From an uncultured Candidatus Bathyarchaeia archaeon (GTDB lineage: Archaea; Thermoproteota; Bathyarchaeia; Bathyarchaeales; DTEX01), in the NCBI GenBank assembly GCA_964508155.1, contig CAZDRE010000001.1:197174-261173 (forward strand): a stretch of DNA of 64,000 bases, written 5' to 3'. Below, piece after piece: positions 34,145 through 44,478 of the stretch. Numbering within the stretch: the first letter of the stretch is position 1; each line of letters starts with the position of its first letter. The translations under genes and the position numbers were made by a program. The notes under the pieces were generated by a model that did not search any database, was not told the origin of the DNA, and saw only the letters and a list, made by a program, of their open reading frames with translations.

Positions 34145-34849
34145 CTACTCATCCAGAGACTTCAGAACATCGAATATCTCCGTGAGGGAGTCTATCACAT
34201 AATCCGCTACGCTTCCGGCTTCCCTTGGCCTCTCGGCGAACGAGTCTCCTCTCCTAATCCTAACGGTTATGAATCCAGCCTTGTTGGCGTATAATATGCC
34301 CCTATTGGGTTTACTACTCACATAAATTGCCTCTTCAGCCTTAACATTCAATCTTCTAGCTGCCTCGATGAACTGCTCAACCGTGAACTCCTCTGATCCC
34401 AGATCCTCCGATATCAGAACTGAATGGAAGATGTGATCAACGCCCAACTGTATGAGCTTCTGCCATTCCTTAACTGATCTGCCTTCAGCGATCACACCAA
34501 TCTTATATCCCAAGTCACGCAGCTTAATGAGCGTCGGAATGGTATCGGCGTATGGCTTCAGATAGGCCTCGCTTGTCTCACGGTAAGCCACAACCCCAGC
34601 AGCTATCACCCTTGGATTCCATCTCAGGCCTAATCGCTCAAGCAACCTATCGAAGTGCTTAGTGTAGTGGACGCCGTAATCCCTAACGATCTCCTCCAGC
34701 ACCTTATATCCAGCCTCAAGATCTATCGGAAGCCCAGCCTCATTCATAGCCCTAATCGCATTCAAACGCGCCATCCTCATCTGCAGGGAAGCATCGTAGA
34801 GCGTATCCTCAATATCGAATGTTACAGCCCTCACCTTACCCATCCTCAC
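34145..34849 (-). CDS. HAD-superfamily hydrolase
   Basis: Motif I is present as VTFDIEDTL. It overlaps the upstream SIS gene by 4 nt. Confidence 0.7.
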   Translation of the reverse strand: MRMGKVRAVTFDIEDTLYDASLQMRMARLNAIRAMNEAGLPIDLEAGYKVLEEIVRDYGVHYTKHFDRLLERLGLRWNPRVIAAGVVAYRETSEAYLKPYADTIPTLIKLRDLGYKIGVIAEGRSVKEWQKLIQLGVDHIFHSVLISEDLGSEEFTVEQFIEAARRLNVKAEEAIYVSSKPNRGILYANKAGFITVRIRRGDSFAERPREAGSVADYVIDSLTEIFDVLKSLDE

Positions 34850-35928
34850 CTCACCACCTTCCTGAGCTTCTCAGGTCTATCAGGATTAAAGCCCCTAAAT
34901 ACAGAGGAGTAATAGGCGAATACCTGAAGCGGGAGGACATAGAGTAGCGGAGAGAATATCCACGGCATGCCAGATGAAACGGTGAAAATCTCATCCACTT
35001 CACTGGATAATCGCGTAACTCTAGGCGTCTCCTCGGATATAAGCATCGTAAACGCACCAAAACCCTTCAAGCTCCTATTCAACTCAACTATCGACTCAAT
35101 CTCATTTGGAGTCGCCATCATTATCACGAGGGTATCCTCATTTACGAGCCTCAACGGCCCGTGCAGAAACTCCCTCGTAGCGAATCCCTCAGAGAAAACA
35201 TTACAAGTCTCCTTCAGCTTTAATGCCCCCTCCAACGCCGTTGCGAAATTCGATCCGCTTCCAAGCAGGAAGATAACATTTAAATCCTTAAATCTCCCAG
35301 AAGCCTCCTTAACCTTAGAGATTAAAGATTTCAATGTGTATTCCGCCGCTTGAGGAGCCATATAAAGGCGCTCCCTAAAATCTGAAAGTTCATCATTCCC
35401 CGCTCTTCTCATGGCGAGCTCCAACGAGAACATGAATAGGCTCATTAACTGCGTAACATAAGTCTTCGTCGCCGGAACGGCATTCTCCCTTCCAGATCTC
35501 GGGAAGATCCTGAAGTCAGCCTTCTCCGCTAAGCTGCTGCCCGGAGTATTAGTAACCGCAAGTATAGGGATATCCCTCTTAGAAGCCGCGTCAGCAGCCT
35601 CTAAAATATCTGAGCTCTCACCGGACTGGGATATCGCGATCAATAATGTCCGCCTCGAGACCCTCCTTGGAACCCAACGGTCAAACTCCGAAGCGGGCAA
35701 TGCCGACGCCATGAGACCCGACAGATTAGATAATGCATACTGGCTTGCAAGCCCAGCGTGATAGCTCGTTCCGCTCCCCGTTATATAAATCATCTCATAA
35801 TTCTCGGCGACTACCTCATTTGCCACGCTCCTTATTCTATCTTGCTCTAGATCTATCGTCCTCCTTAACGCCTCAGGCTCCTCAAGGATCTCCCTGAGCA
35901 TGTAATGCTCATAAATGTTCGATGACAT
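34846..35928 (-). CDS. Double-SIS-domain sugar-phosphate isomerase/deaminase (GlmS isomerase-domain-like; GlmD-type candidate)
   Basis: YITGSGTSYHAG and LISQSGESSD in the first SIS domain, GSGSNFATALEGALKLKE in the second. No glutaminase domain is present. Confidence 0.7.
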   Translation of the reverse strand: MSSNIYEHYMLREILEEPEALRRTIDLEQDRIRSVANEVVAENYEMIYITGSGTSYHAGLASQYALSNLSGLMASALPASEFDRWVPRRVSRRTLLIAISQSGESSDILEAADAASKRDIPILAVTNTPGSSLAEKADFRIFPRSGRENAVPATKTYVTQLMSLFMFSLELAMRRAGNDELSDFRERLYMAPQAAEYTLKSLISKVKEASGRFKDLNVIFLLGSGSNFATALEGALKLKETCNVFSEGFATREFLHGPLRLVNEDTLVIMMATPNEIESIVELNRSLKGFGAFTMLISEETPRVTRLSSEVDEIFTVSSGMPWIFSPLLYVLPLQVFAYYSSVFRGFNPDRPEKLRKVVR

Positions 35929-35943
35929 TCCTACAATTGATAT

Positions 35944-36504
35944 TCACTCATAGTAGATAAGGCCTTCCTCTTCGAGTCTTCTATGTAGCTTCTCAACGGC
36001 GACGTAGACGTCCTCCTCCCTTTTAGCACCTGTGCATACGAGTTTTCCACTTGCAAACAGGAGAATAACGACTTTCGGGTCGTCCATGCGGTATATTAAG
36101 CCGGGAAACTGTTCAGGCTCATACATCGTCTTTCCAAGAGTGAATGCTGCCTGCTCAAGATCGATTATTCCGGATAGATTTGCAGAGGCAACTATATTCT
36201 GAATCTTAAGATCCGGCTTACCGACTATAACTATTCCACTCCTCTTTAGTTCATCGATGACCTTCATTACCGCCCCGCGAGCCTCCCTCTCAGACTTGGC
36301 ACCCGTGCAAACCATCTTCCCAGAATTGAAGATCAACGTTGCGGTCTTAGGCTTCTTCAGCCTGAAGACCAAGCCGGGAAACTGCTCCGGACGATACTCA
36401 ACCCCAGGGTAGCTCTTAACTACAGCCTTCAGATCTATCCTTTGATTTAGGGAAGCTGACGCAACTACATTCTCTATTCTAATCTGCGCTTTAACCTTTG
36501 GCAT
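35944..36504 (-). CDS. tbp: TATA-box binding protein
   Basis: Two direct repeats: ENVVASASL...YRPEQFPGLVFRL...LIFNSGKMVCTGAKS and QNIVASANL...YEPEQFPGLIYRM...LLFASGKLVCTGAK. Confidence 0.95.
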   Translation of the reverse strand: MPKVKAQIRIENVVASASLNQRIDLKAVVKSYPGVEYRPEQFPGLVFRLKKPKTATLIFNSGKMVCTGAKSEREARGAVMKVIDELKRSGIVIVGKPDLKIQNIVASANLSGIIDLEQAAFTLGKTMYEPEQFPGLIYRMDDPKVVILLFASGKLVCTGAKREEDVYVAVEKLHRRLEEEGLIYYE

Positions 36505-36602
36505 TCGATTCGCCTCTTAACAGAATTGGACAGCAGGACTTTACCTTCCTTATAAAGGATTGAAGCGGCACAATTTATATTTAATGGTCAAATACAAATT
36601 CG

Positions 36603-37199
36603 TCATTCATCTTCGCTTCGATAATCCATCAGCTGCAGATATAATAGTGCCGCAATATCCACTGCAATTAGTATCATCCTTAGGGTGACTGCGAACCCTC
36701 CGATCTGCAGTTTTATCTCATCAAGCCCCCTGAAGACATATCCGAGCTTGGGAATAACGAAGATCACTTTCCCGATTATGTAATCCTCTGGAATTACCCA
36801 ACCGAAGAGCCTGTAATCATTGTAGTAATTGTTGTCTCCCTTCGTTATGAAATACCACTTCCCATCCCTCTGGAACTTCTCTATGGCCCTGTGAACAATT
36901 GGCATGCCCTCAGGGTTATCCGGATTCTTAAAGACTATTATGTCTCCATCTTTGGGGCTGGCATGGATATCCTCGGCTTTCAGTCCTCCGCATATTATGA
37001 GTAGATCTCCCACCTTCAACGTCGGCTCCATACTTCCAGATATGGGCGTATGGAGAGGGACATTCGTATGAAGGACGAGGGAGAGGACCCATTGGAGAGC
37101 TAAGCTTCCAATGAGTGCAAGCAGAATTAGCATGACGAATATGAATAATCCACTCTCTAAGGCCTTCTCCCTTCCCGAGCTTATCTCCTTATTAGACAA
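36603..37199 (-). CDS. Signal peptidase I, archaeal/eukaryal type (S26B)
   Basis: N-terminal TM helix, then PISGSMEPTLKVGDLL (catalytic Ser box) and a HRAI (His box). Confidence 0.8.
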   Translation of the reverse strand: MSNKEISSGREKALESGLFIFVMLILLALIGSLALQWVLSLVLHTNVPLHTPISGSMEPTLKVGDLLIICGGLKAEDIHASPKDGDIIVFKNPDNPEGMPIVHRAIEKFQRDGKWYFITKGDNNYYNDYRLFGWVIPEDYIIGKVIFVIPKLGYVFRGLDEIKLQIGGFAVTLRMILIAVDIAALLYLQLMDYRSEDE

Positions 37200-37275
37200 A
37201 GCCCGTGTTCTCCGCTTTTTCAGAAGATCACACCATCATCAAACATATATTTTACTTTTCCAGAATCCCATGCGC

Positions 37276-38049
37276 TTACTTCAACGCTTTCCTCGCAACA
37301 GTTATATATCCCGTATGGCCCGTCATCAATGTCTCAGGTCGAGTTCTGCCCCTCTCTATCTGCATGCCCCTAAACATGGACTCGAAGGTTTCTATGCCCG
37401 CAAATCCATTCTGCCTCAGAGCCTCAACGGTCTTTACGGCTTGGTCCACAGTTGGACTGAATGATATGAAGGTTCCGCTTCCCCTAAGGGCCTCGTAGGC
37501 ATGCGGAACTACAAGCCAGGGAGTCGCCATGTCTAGGATGACGGCGTCGACATCCCTCTCCTCTATCCCCTCCGTTAAATCTCTATTCTTTAATTCGACA
37601 TAATCGATCACGCCTATTCTCCTAAGGTTTTCAGCTGCCAACTCCAAGAATTTCCTTCTGATCTCATAGCTATAAACCTTTCCTGACGGCCTCACATAAT
37701 TCGCCAAGGCCGCCGTCAAAGCTCCAGCGCCTGTTCCTCCCTCTACAACTCGGCTTCCAGGCCCGATCCCGCTGAAGAATACTATTAGGGATATATCCTT
37801 TGGGTATATTATCTGCGTTCTCCTTGAGATCTTAAATATGTAATCCCTTATTGTGGGCTTGAACGCTACGAATTCGACTCCCTTGTTGCTGAGTATTCGA
37901 GCGCCAAATTCTCTGCCTATCAGCCCAGTCAGGTCTATGAAGCCCTTATGCGTGTGAACCCTCTTTTCTCTTTCTATCCTAACGAGGTAGCTTCTCCTTT
38001 TATCGAGATATAAAAGCACATCATCCCCTTCTCGGATGATATTTCCCAA
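37276..38049 (-). CDS. trmI: tRNA (adenine-N1)-methyltransferase TrmI/Gcd14 family
   Basis: RRTQIIYPKDISLI and the SAM motif VVEGGTGAGALT. Confidence 0.8.
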   Translation of the reverse strand: MGNIIREGDDVLLYLDKRRSYLVRIEREKRVHTHKGFIDLTGLIGREFGARILSNKGVEFVAFKPTIRDYIFKISRRTQIIYPKDISLIVFFSGIGPGSRVVEGGTGAGALTAALANYVRPSGKVYSYEIRRKFLELAAENLRRIGVIDYVELKNRDLTEGIEERDVDAVILDMATPWLVVPHAYEALRGSGTFISFSPTVDQAVKTVEALRQNGFAGIETFESMFRGMQIERGRTRPETLMTGHTGYITVARKALK

Positions 38050-38079
38050 GATTGATCACTGACCTCTTTTAGTGTATTA

Positions 38080-39393
38080 TTAAATCCGATATCTTTTATC
38101 CTTTTCAGGCGTTATTATTTCGCCTCTTATATCCCTCATGAATCTGCGGAAGAGCTCTGAATGAACTCCGTGAATCGGGAATACAACCTTCGGATCGATC
38201 GTCATGATCGATTCTCTAAGATGCAAAGGCGTGATATGCCCAGAGACGTGAATGTGAAATTGTGGAAGGCCGTAGTGCTCAAGCCAGTTTATCAGCCTAT
38301 TATAGTCCATCTCCATCTCCTCATTGAATGGCTCAGAAGCGGATAATATATAGCAGCTTCCGGCATCGGGTCTTATCTCCGTGAGTTCGGTCAGATCATA
38401 AAAGGAGCAGACAAGGATGATCTCGCTTTGCCTTCCCGATATCTCATGGGAGTCTATCGTCTCGGCCGAATCCATAATCTCCTTCTCCCAATCATAATAT
38501 CTCTTCTTCTCCCTCCTGAAGATTAGGAGCTCATCGACCTTCGGAACATTCAAGTGCGGATCTCCGCTTAGCTGATTCAGAAGATGAGCTTGCTTAGGCG
38601 TGACGACGAGGCTTCTCTCATTCTTCTCGGCGGCCTCATAGAAAGATCTGAGCCTGTCAATGTCAGCCCATGAGAAGTTTGCCATCACAAGTCCAGATGC
38701 TCTACTGACCACATTGTTGATCTTCTCCATAACCTCCCGCTCAGATGATATCTCAACTGAAGCCATATTCGTGCTCTCGCAGATGAGAGCTTCCGGATGG
38801 CTCTCTGAGGATCTGCTTATGAAGTCCTCCGTTAAATCAGGCCTTGAACCGTGCCTCCTGAAGTCTCCCGTGTAGATGATCGTCCCGGAGGTTGTGTGGA
38901 TTATAAAGCCATAGGATCCTGGAACCGAATGGTCCACGTGAATCGGCTCAACCTCGATGCTTCCAATCCTCACCTTATCTCCAGTTCTGAAGGTATTGAA
39001 TCTTAACCCTTCAATATTGAATTCTAGGCTAGGGAGGTGAACTTCGCTGTAGGTCCTTAATATGGTTGCCGTTGTCTCGCCGCAGTAGATCGGTATCTCC
39101 CTTTTGAGGAAGGATATGTATGCCGAGTGGTCGAGATGCGAGTGTGAAAGGAAGACAGCATCAATTGCTGGTTCATCACGCTCGAACTTGTATGCTCCCT
39201 TAATTCTGGGTAAGATCCCAAATTCTAAGAGATCATTCTCATCTTTGGGTGAGAGGAATGGAATCGAGTAATACTGGTATCTCAGAGTAAATGACATGCC
39301 GAAGTCGAGGAGTATCCTTGAATCCTCATCTTCTATGAGGATCTTATTTCCACCTACCTCATCGACTCCTCCGTAGAAGGTTATGCTCGTCAT
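38080..39393 (-). CDS. Metallo-beta-lactamase / beta-CASP ribonuclease (archaeal RNase J-like)
   Basis: MTSITFYGGVDEVGGNKILIED and HSHLDHSAY (HxHxDH). The start is set at the ATG at 39393. The ORF-track start at 39474 would overlap the upstream gene by 34 nt. Confidence 0.65.
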   Translation of the reverse strand: MTSITFYGGVDEVGGNKILIEDEDSRILLDFGMSFTLRYQYYSIPFLSPKDENDLLEFGILPRIKGAYKFERDEPAIDAVFLSHSHLDHSAYISFLKREIPIYCGETTATILRTYSEVHLPSLEFNIEGLRFNTFRTGDKVRIGSIEVEPIHVDHSVPGSYGFIIHTTSGTIIYTGDFRRHGSRPDLTEDFISRSSESHPEALICESTNMASVEISSEREVMEKINNVVSRASGLVMANFSWADIDRLRSFYEAAEKNERSLVVTPKQAHLLNQLSGDPHLNVPKVDELLIFRREKKRYYDWEKEIMDSAETIDSHEISGRQSEIILVCSFYDLTELTEIRPDAGSCYILSASEPFNEEMEMDYNRLINWLEHYGLPQFHIHVSGHITPLHLRESIMTIDPKVVFPIHGVHSELFRRFMRDIRGEIITPEKDKRYRI

Positions 39394-39440
39394 CTCATAC
39401 CAAGAATGATTAAGGTTCATTATGGATAAAAATGGATTGC

Positions 39441-41144
39441 TCAGCCCAATTCCGCCTTGATCTTCCTGACGCATGTATTCGCTATTACGTAGATTATGTG
39501 GGGCGGAGTGAAGAAGCTAAAGGCCCTAATGTATCTTGGCGATCTAACACGCTTAACATTCTCGACTCTCCCCCCGCCCCTTAAGTATCCATCTATGAAG
39601 CTCTCGGTGATCCTTCTTGGAACTTTAAGTGGAGATAGGGAGGCGTAGTGCCCTGAATAGTAGAGGAACTCTGCTATGTCCCATGCTTGATCACCGCCTC
39701 TCTCAGCCTGCTCTAGATCGAGAAAGAATATCCTTCCGTCCTCGGCTAACTTGATATTTTCGGGCTTGCAGTCTCCAAGCGAGACGTTTAAACCGTGGAT
39801 CTTGGCTATCTCTTCTCCAACCATGCTGATTATGGAGTAAAGCTGATCCTCATCGCCACCTGACGAGCATATCTTCTTTATTATCCGCGTTAAACTCTCA
39901 CCCTCAATATATTCCTGAATCAGTATACCCTCAGATGGGCTTATATGCAGAATTCTCGGTACGGCTATCCCATTGCTTGAGAGGAGCTTATTTATGGAGT
40001 ATTCTCTCTCAAGCCTAGTCTTCCCCAAAACCGCGAACTCCTTTGACCCGAGGGTCCATAATGCTATTGGAAGCCACTTTAGATTATACCAGCTCTTAAA
40101 GACTTTTGCGACTTTCCGTTTAGGCTTTCCCTCCTTCATAACCGTTATGAGATAAACGGAGTTTAACACTCCTCCCAGCCTCTCAATTCTAACAGTTGAA
40201 CTCTTCCCTGCGAATAGGGAATCCATAAAGCTGCTGATTCTCCTCTTTTCCGATAGGGATACCAGCCCCGAGGACGTCGGAATGAAGAGGAAACTCTTTG
40301 TATCTTCAATTTCGGATAGAAATCTTCCCTCAGTAATTGATTGACTTGCAAATGCAATATAATCTTCTAGGAGGGAACTCATCATCTTAGGGAAGAACTC
40401 AATTCCATGCCTAAGTATGGCGTCTCTGACATTTCTGAGGAGACTTGGGATTCGTATCCTCCAGCCCTTGAGAGACTCAATATAGCGTTCACTTATCTTG
40501 ACGTATCCATTCGAGATGGAGATCACATGATCCCTCTCTAGTCTCTTAAGGGCCTTTAGGAACCCAGGCATGATCAATTCTTGAATTTTCCTGCTGATTA
40601 ATCCGCGTTTAGGATCTAAGAGCCTGCATATGTTAGGCGGATACAGCGAGAGCTTCCGGGCTATAGTTTCCCACATGAAGTATTCGGGCTTGATCAGTAT
40701 CTCCCTGGAGAGCTCCGGATACTCGAGGATAAGATTATCTATGATCTCGCTTATCATCCTCATTTTAAGCTTGATCTCGTAGTGTCTGATTAGAGCCTCA
40801 TTGATCAATGGCTCATACGGAAAGAGCAGGCTCTCGGTTAGTAATCCTCCAAGCCAGTCGCTCTCGACATCCATCTCAAACGTCCTATGGTCGGCTACTA
40901 GAATGGAGACTATTCCATCATTGAGAGGTTCCCGTCCATAAGACAACTTACGGGACGTAGACTTGAGTATTACAGTTACGTCTATCCTGCCCTTTGTTCC
41001 ATTCATCCCTACGAATACTGGCTGGGCGAAGGCCGCCAGTATCTCGTCAGAGAATCTCCGCACACACAGATTCTGAATTGATGCCTTCAAGTTTTGCTCT
41101 ATGAGGTTGCGGCTCATACGCTCATATTTCCCGAAGCCCCTCAC
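39441..41144 (-). CDS. Protein-kinase-like (Bud32/RIO/LPS-kinase-type) domain fused to a ~330-aa uncharacterised N-terminal domain
   Basis: The C-terminal part has LIQEYIEGESL, HGLNVSLGDCKPENIKL (catalytic loop) and FFLDLEQA. The N-terminal two thirds have no recognisable motif. Confidence 0.5.
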   Translation of the reverse strand: MRGFGKYERMSRNLIEQNLKASIQNLCVRRFSDEILAAFAQPVFVGMNGTKGRIDVTVILKSTSRKLSYGREPLNDGIVSILVADHRTFEMDVESDWLGGLLTESLLFPYEPLINEALIRHYEIKLKMRMISEIIDNLILEYPELSREILIKPEYFMWETIARKLSLYPPNICRLLDPKRGLISRKIQELIMPGFLKALKRLERDHVISISNGYVKISERYIESLKGWRIRIPSLLRNVRDAILRHGIEFFPKMMSSLLEDYIAFASQSITEGRFLSEIEDTKSFLFIPTSSGLVSLSEKRRISSFMDSLFAGKSSTVRIERLGGVLNSVYLITVMKEGKPKRKVAKVFKSWYNLKWLPIALWTLGSKEFAVLGKTRLEREYSINKLLSSNGIAVPRILHISPSEGILIQEYIEGESLTRIIKKICSSGGDEDQLYSIISMVGEEIAKIHGLNVSLGDCKPENIKLAEDGRIFFLDLEQAERGGDQAWDIAEFLYYSGHYASLSPLKVPRRITESFIDGYLRGGGRVENVKRVRSPRYIRAFSFFTPPHIIYVIANTCVRKIKAELG

Positions 41145-41204
41145 TAATCATTAAAAGGGCAGCTTCCCCTATATTTCGTTTAGTTCTACAGTTTCATTTT
41201 GGAA

Positions 41205-42053
41205 ATGCCGAGGATGAAGGAATACTTCATTAGTGCGATCAGAACGGAGTATTGGATGCCCAATTCGAATTACTTGGATATTATAGTCTCGGCTCTCAGG
41301 GGCAAATTGAACGATGGAGACATAATCGTAATCTCTGAGAAGGCGTTGTCTATCGCTAAGGGGCTGATAGTTGATGAGAAAAGCGTGAAGGCTGGATTCT
41401 TGGCTATGTTCTTAGCACGCTTCTGGACGAGGATAATATGGGGATGCTTCTTGGGGAGATTATGCCGCCTGAGGGAGAAGAACATTCAGAGATTAAGAAG
41501 GTATCCATGTGAGGAAGGAAGCAGACATAAGCAGGTGGCATTGAGATACGCGGGATTCTTGGAGGCTCTACTTTGGGGTTCTGAGGGCGGAATTGACGGT
41601 AGCAACTTGCCATACGCCTATGTATGTCTCCCACTGGATGACCCGCAGAGAGATGCTGATAAGATTAGGCTTTATATACGGAGCAGGCTCGGAAAGAGAG
41701 TTGCGGTTATGATCGTGGATACCGACAAGACATACTCATTCAGAAACTTTCACTTTACACATCGCCCAGTCTCCTTTGATGGAATACATAGGCTTCCAGC
41801 GGCGGCGTATATCCTTGGGAGGGCGCTGAGACTGAAGCATAGATCAACCCCCATTGCCATCTCTGGGATAAGATTAGATGTTGAGTCAGCCTTGAACATA
41901 GCTGATGCGGCGAATAGGGCTAGGGGCTTTGGGGCGGGACGGACGGTTTGGGACATGGCTGATAGGTTCGGCGTTGACGTAACGGGTGTTACATGGGAGA
42001 TGTTGAGAAAAATCAACCATAAACCAATCGTGATCGTTAGGGTTCGACGTTGA
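41205..42053 (+). CDS. CofE-like (F420-0:gamma-glutamyl ligase family) protein
   Basis: GDIIVISEKALSIAKG, GGIDGSNLP and VAVMIVDTDKTY resemble the CofE family pattern. An alternative TTG start lies at 41199. Confidence 0.5.
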   Translation: MPRMKEYFISAIRTEYWMPNSNYLDIIVSALRGKLNDGDIIVISEKALSIAKGLIVDEKSVKAGFLAMFLARFWTRIIWGCFLGRLCRLREKNIQRLRRYPCEEGSRHKQVALRYAGFLEALLWGSEGGIDGSNLPYAYVCLPLDDPQRDADKIRLYIRSRLGKRVAVMIVDTDKTYSFRNFHFTHRPVSFDGIHRLPAAAYILGRALRLKHRSTPIAISGIRLDVESALNIADAANRARGFGAGRTVWDMADRFGVDVTGVTWEMLRKINHKPIVIVRVRR

Positions 42054-42125
42054 AGCCTTATGTCAGCCCGATAAAGATATAACATTTTCCGGATGCATTA
42101 ATGAGTGAGGCTCGGAGTGATCTGC

Positions 42126-43187
42126 ATGGAGCCTCGTGAGAGAGTTAAGATGGCCCTTGAGCACCGTGAGGCGGATAGGATCCCAATACATGATAGTCCG
42201 TGGCAGGCGACCGTTGATAGGTGGAGGGCTGAGGGACTTCCATCTGGGGTTTCACCGGCGGATTATTTCGGCTATGAAATATGCGGATTCGGAGCTGATA
42301 CTTCCCCTCAGTTTCCAGTTGAGATCATATCAGAAGACGAGGAATACATCGTGGAGAGGACGAGCTTCGGCGGCATTAGAAAGAATCATCGCGATTACTC
42401 CACGACTCCAATGATAATTGATTATCCATGTAAGAGTAGGGAGGACTGGGAGAGGATAAAGCCGAGGTTAAAGCCCAGCGATTATAGAGTTGATTGGGTC
42501 ACAGGCCTCAGGGAGTTTCATAGACAATACAGTCGGGGACGATTCGTAACTTACTGGGCTGCTGTTGGATTCGATAAGATTCAATCCTACGTTGCCACTC
42601 CCCGCCTCTTGAAGGCTATTATAGCCGAGCCGGATTGGGTCATAGACATGTATTGGACCGATGCAAAGCTCGTGATGGAGATGTGCGATAGGATGATCAG
42701 GGCGGGATTCAAATTTGACGGCGCCTTTCTTGCGTGTGATCTTGGATATAGGAAGGGCCTATTCTTCTCTCCGAGGCACTTTGAGGAGCAGCTACATCCA
42801 GTCTTTAAGGAGCTATGCAGGTTCTTCCATAGTAGAGGCATGTATGTGATCCTTCATAGCTGCGGGAGAGTTAAGGATCTGATTCCATACTTCATTGAGG
42901 AGGGAATAGATTGTCTACAGCCATTAGAGGTTAAGGCTGGAATGGACCTGATAGAATTAAAGGAGGAGTATGGCGATAAAATAGCCTTAATGGGCGGAAT
43001 AGACGTTAGGCTAATGGCGCTGGATGATCCAAAGCCGATAGAGGAGGAGATTAAGAGGAAGATAACTGCCGCTAAGGAGGGAGGCGGATACATATACCAT
43101 TCGGATCACTCTGTTCCCAAGAACGTCAGCTTCAAGCAATACAAGAGGGTTATAGAGCTCGTCAAGAAGTATGGTAGATACGATTAG
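42126..43187 (+). CDS. URO-D family protein (methylcobamide methyltransferase MtaA/MtbA-like)
   Basis: MEPRERVKMALEHREADRIPI at the N-terminus and VILHSCGRV..GIDCLQPLE in the core. This is the intact paralog of the pseudogene at 4179-5030. An alternative GTG start lies at 42105. Confidence 0.7.
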   Translation: MEPRERVKMALEHREADRIPIHDSPWQATVDRWRAEGLPSGVSPADYFGYEICGFGADTSPQFPVEIISEDEEYIVERTSFGGIRKNHRDYSTTPMIIDYPCKSREDWERIKPRLKPSDYRVDWVTGLREFHRQYSRGRFVTYWAAVGFDKIQSYVATPRLLKAIIAEPDWVIDMYWTDAKLVMEMCDRMIRAGFKFDGAFLACDLGYRKGLFFSPRHFEEQLHPVFKELCRFFHSRGMYVILHSCGRVKDLIPYFIEEGIDCLQPLEVKAGMDLIELKEEYGDKIALMGGIDVRLMALDDPKPIEEEIKRKITAAKEGGGYIYHSDHSVPKNVSFKQYKRVIELVKKYGRYD

Positions 43188-43272
43188 TACGCGATTATTA
43201 CTTGGCTTTACGGCTGATCACTTAGGGAACCCTTAATTTCACGAATGCAATTTAGATCTGTGGGGATGTATC

Positions 43273-44478
43273 TTGAGTGGACAAGACGAGCCGTTCACCC
43301 TGAAGACCTTCCTAGTGATCTCTTTGATCATTTATCTCAGCTCGATCTCCATACTGGCATTTAACCTTAGGGAGTTGCAGGATACCATACAAAAGGAGAG
43401 CATACGGATTAGGGAGTTAAGCGATCAAATATCGCAGATCCGTAGTGAAATCTCAAATTTGAAGATGCAAAACATCTCTGTTCAGCCAACCTACTCATTC
43501 AGCGAAGTATATGATATGGTTAAGGACTCGATCGTTGTTATCCGCGGGAAAGTCTTGAGGCAGACTATCTTCGGAAGCGAATATGAGGAGGTTCAAGGTT
43601 CAGGCTTCATATACTCTTACGATGGAAATCTAATAGTCATAACTAATAATCACGTCGTCGAGAGGGCCTCGGATATAACTATCTCGCTTCTAAGCGGAGA
43701 GACATACCCAGCCCATGTCATCGGAAGAGACCCATACAGCGACCTAGCCATACTATCAACGGATGCACCGGCATCTAAGCTTAAACCGCTTAGAATAGCC
43801 AGCTCATCCACCCTTAAGATCGGTCAGCCCGTAATAGCGATTGGAAGCCCCTTTGGACTTGCAGGCTCAATAACGACCGGTGTTATAAGTCAGCTCGGCA
43901 GATCCATAAGTGAGTCTGCAACTGGAGGATACCCGATCGCAGATGTGATCCAGATAAGCACGCCCATAAATCCAGGAAACTCCGGAGGACCTCTACTTAA
44001 TCTACGCGGTGAAGTCGTCGGCGTCACGACGGCCATAATTGCGGGGGCTCAAGGAGTTGGATTTGCGATCCCCTCAGATACCATCCTTAGGGAGCTGCCC
44101 TATCTGATTAGGGGGGAGAGCTATCCGCATCCATGGCTTGGGATAAGAGGAGTCGACATGAACTATGACATTGCAAAGATAATGAATGTGAATGTCACGT
44201 ACGGATTGCTTATTGTTGAGGTCATACCTGAAAGCCCAGCTGAGAAAGCGGGGTTGAGAGGCGGAAATAGAACAGTAATCGTTGATAACCTACGTATAAA
44301 GGTTGGCGGTGACATAATAGTTATGATCAATGGAACTAGGATTAGGAATGGAGATGACCTGTCAACGTATCTCGAGAGGAATACCAGGCCTGGAGATAAG
44401 ATCCAGATTGCTGTTATAAGGGCTGGGAGGCTGGTGAATGCGACTTTGGAGCTTGGAGTCCGCCCGCCTCCAGGCTAA
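43273..44478 (+). CDS. HtrA/DegP-family serine protease with an N-terminal membrane anchor and a PDZ domain
   Basis: Catalytic triad context TNNHVV, DLAIL and GNSGGPLLN. The C-terminal PDZ-like region includes GLLIVEVIPESPAEKAGL. Confidence 0.85.
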   Translation: MSGQDEPFTLKTFLVISLIIYLSSISILAFNLRELQDTIQKESIRIRELSDQISQIRSEISNLKMQNISVQPTYSFSEVYDMVKDSIVVIRGKVLRQTIFGSEYEEVQGSGFIYSYDGNLIVITNNHVVERASDITISLLSGETYPAHVIGRDPYSDLAILSTDAPASKLKPLRIASSSTLKIGQPVIAIGSPFGLAGSITTGVISQLGRSISESATGGYPIADVIQISTPINPGNSGGPLLNLRGEVVGVTTAIIAGAQGVGFAIPSDTILRELPYLIRGESYPHPWLGIRGVDMNYDIAKIMNVNVTYGLLIVEVIPESPAEKAGLRGGNRTVIVDNLRIKVGGDIIVMINGTRIRNGDDLSTYLERNTRPGDKIQIAVIRAGRLVNATLELGVRPPPG

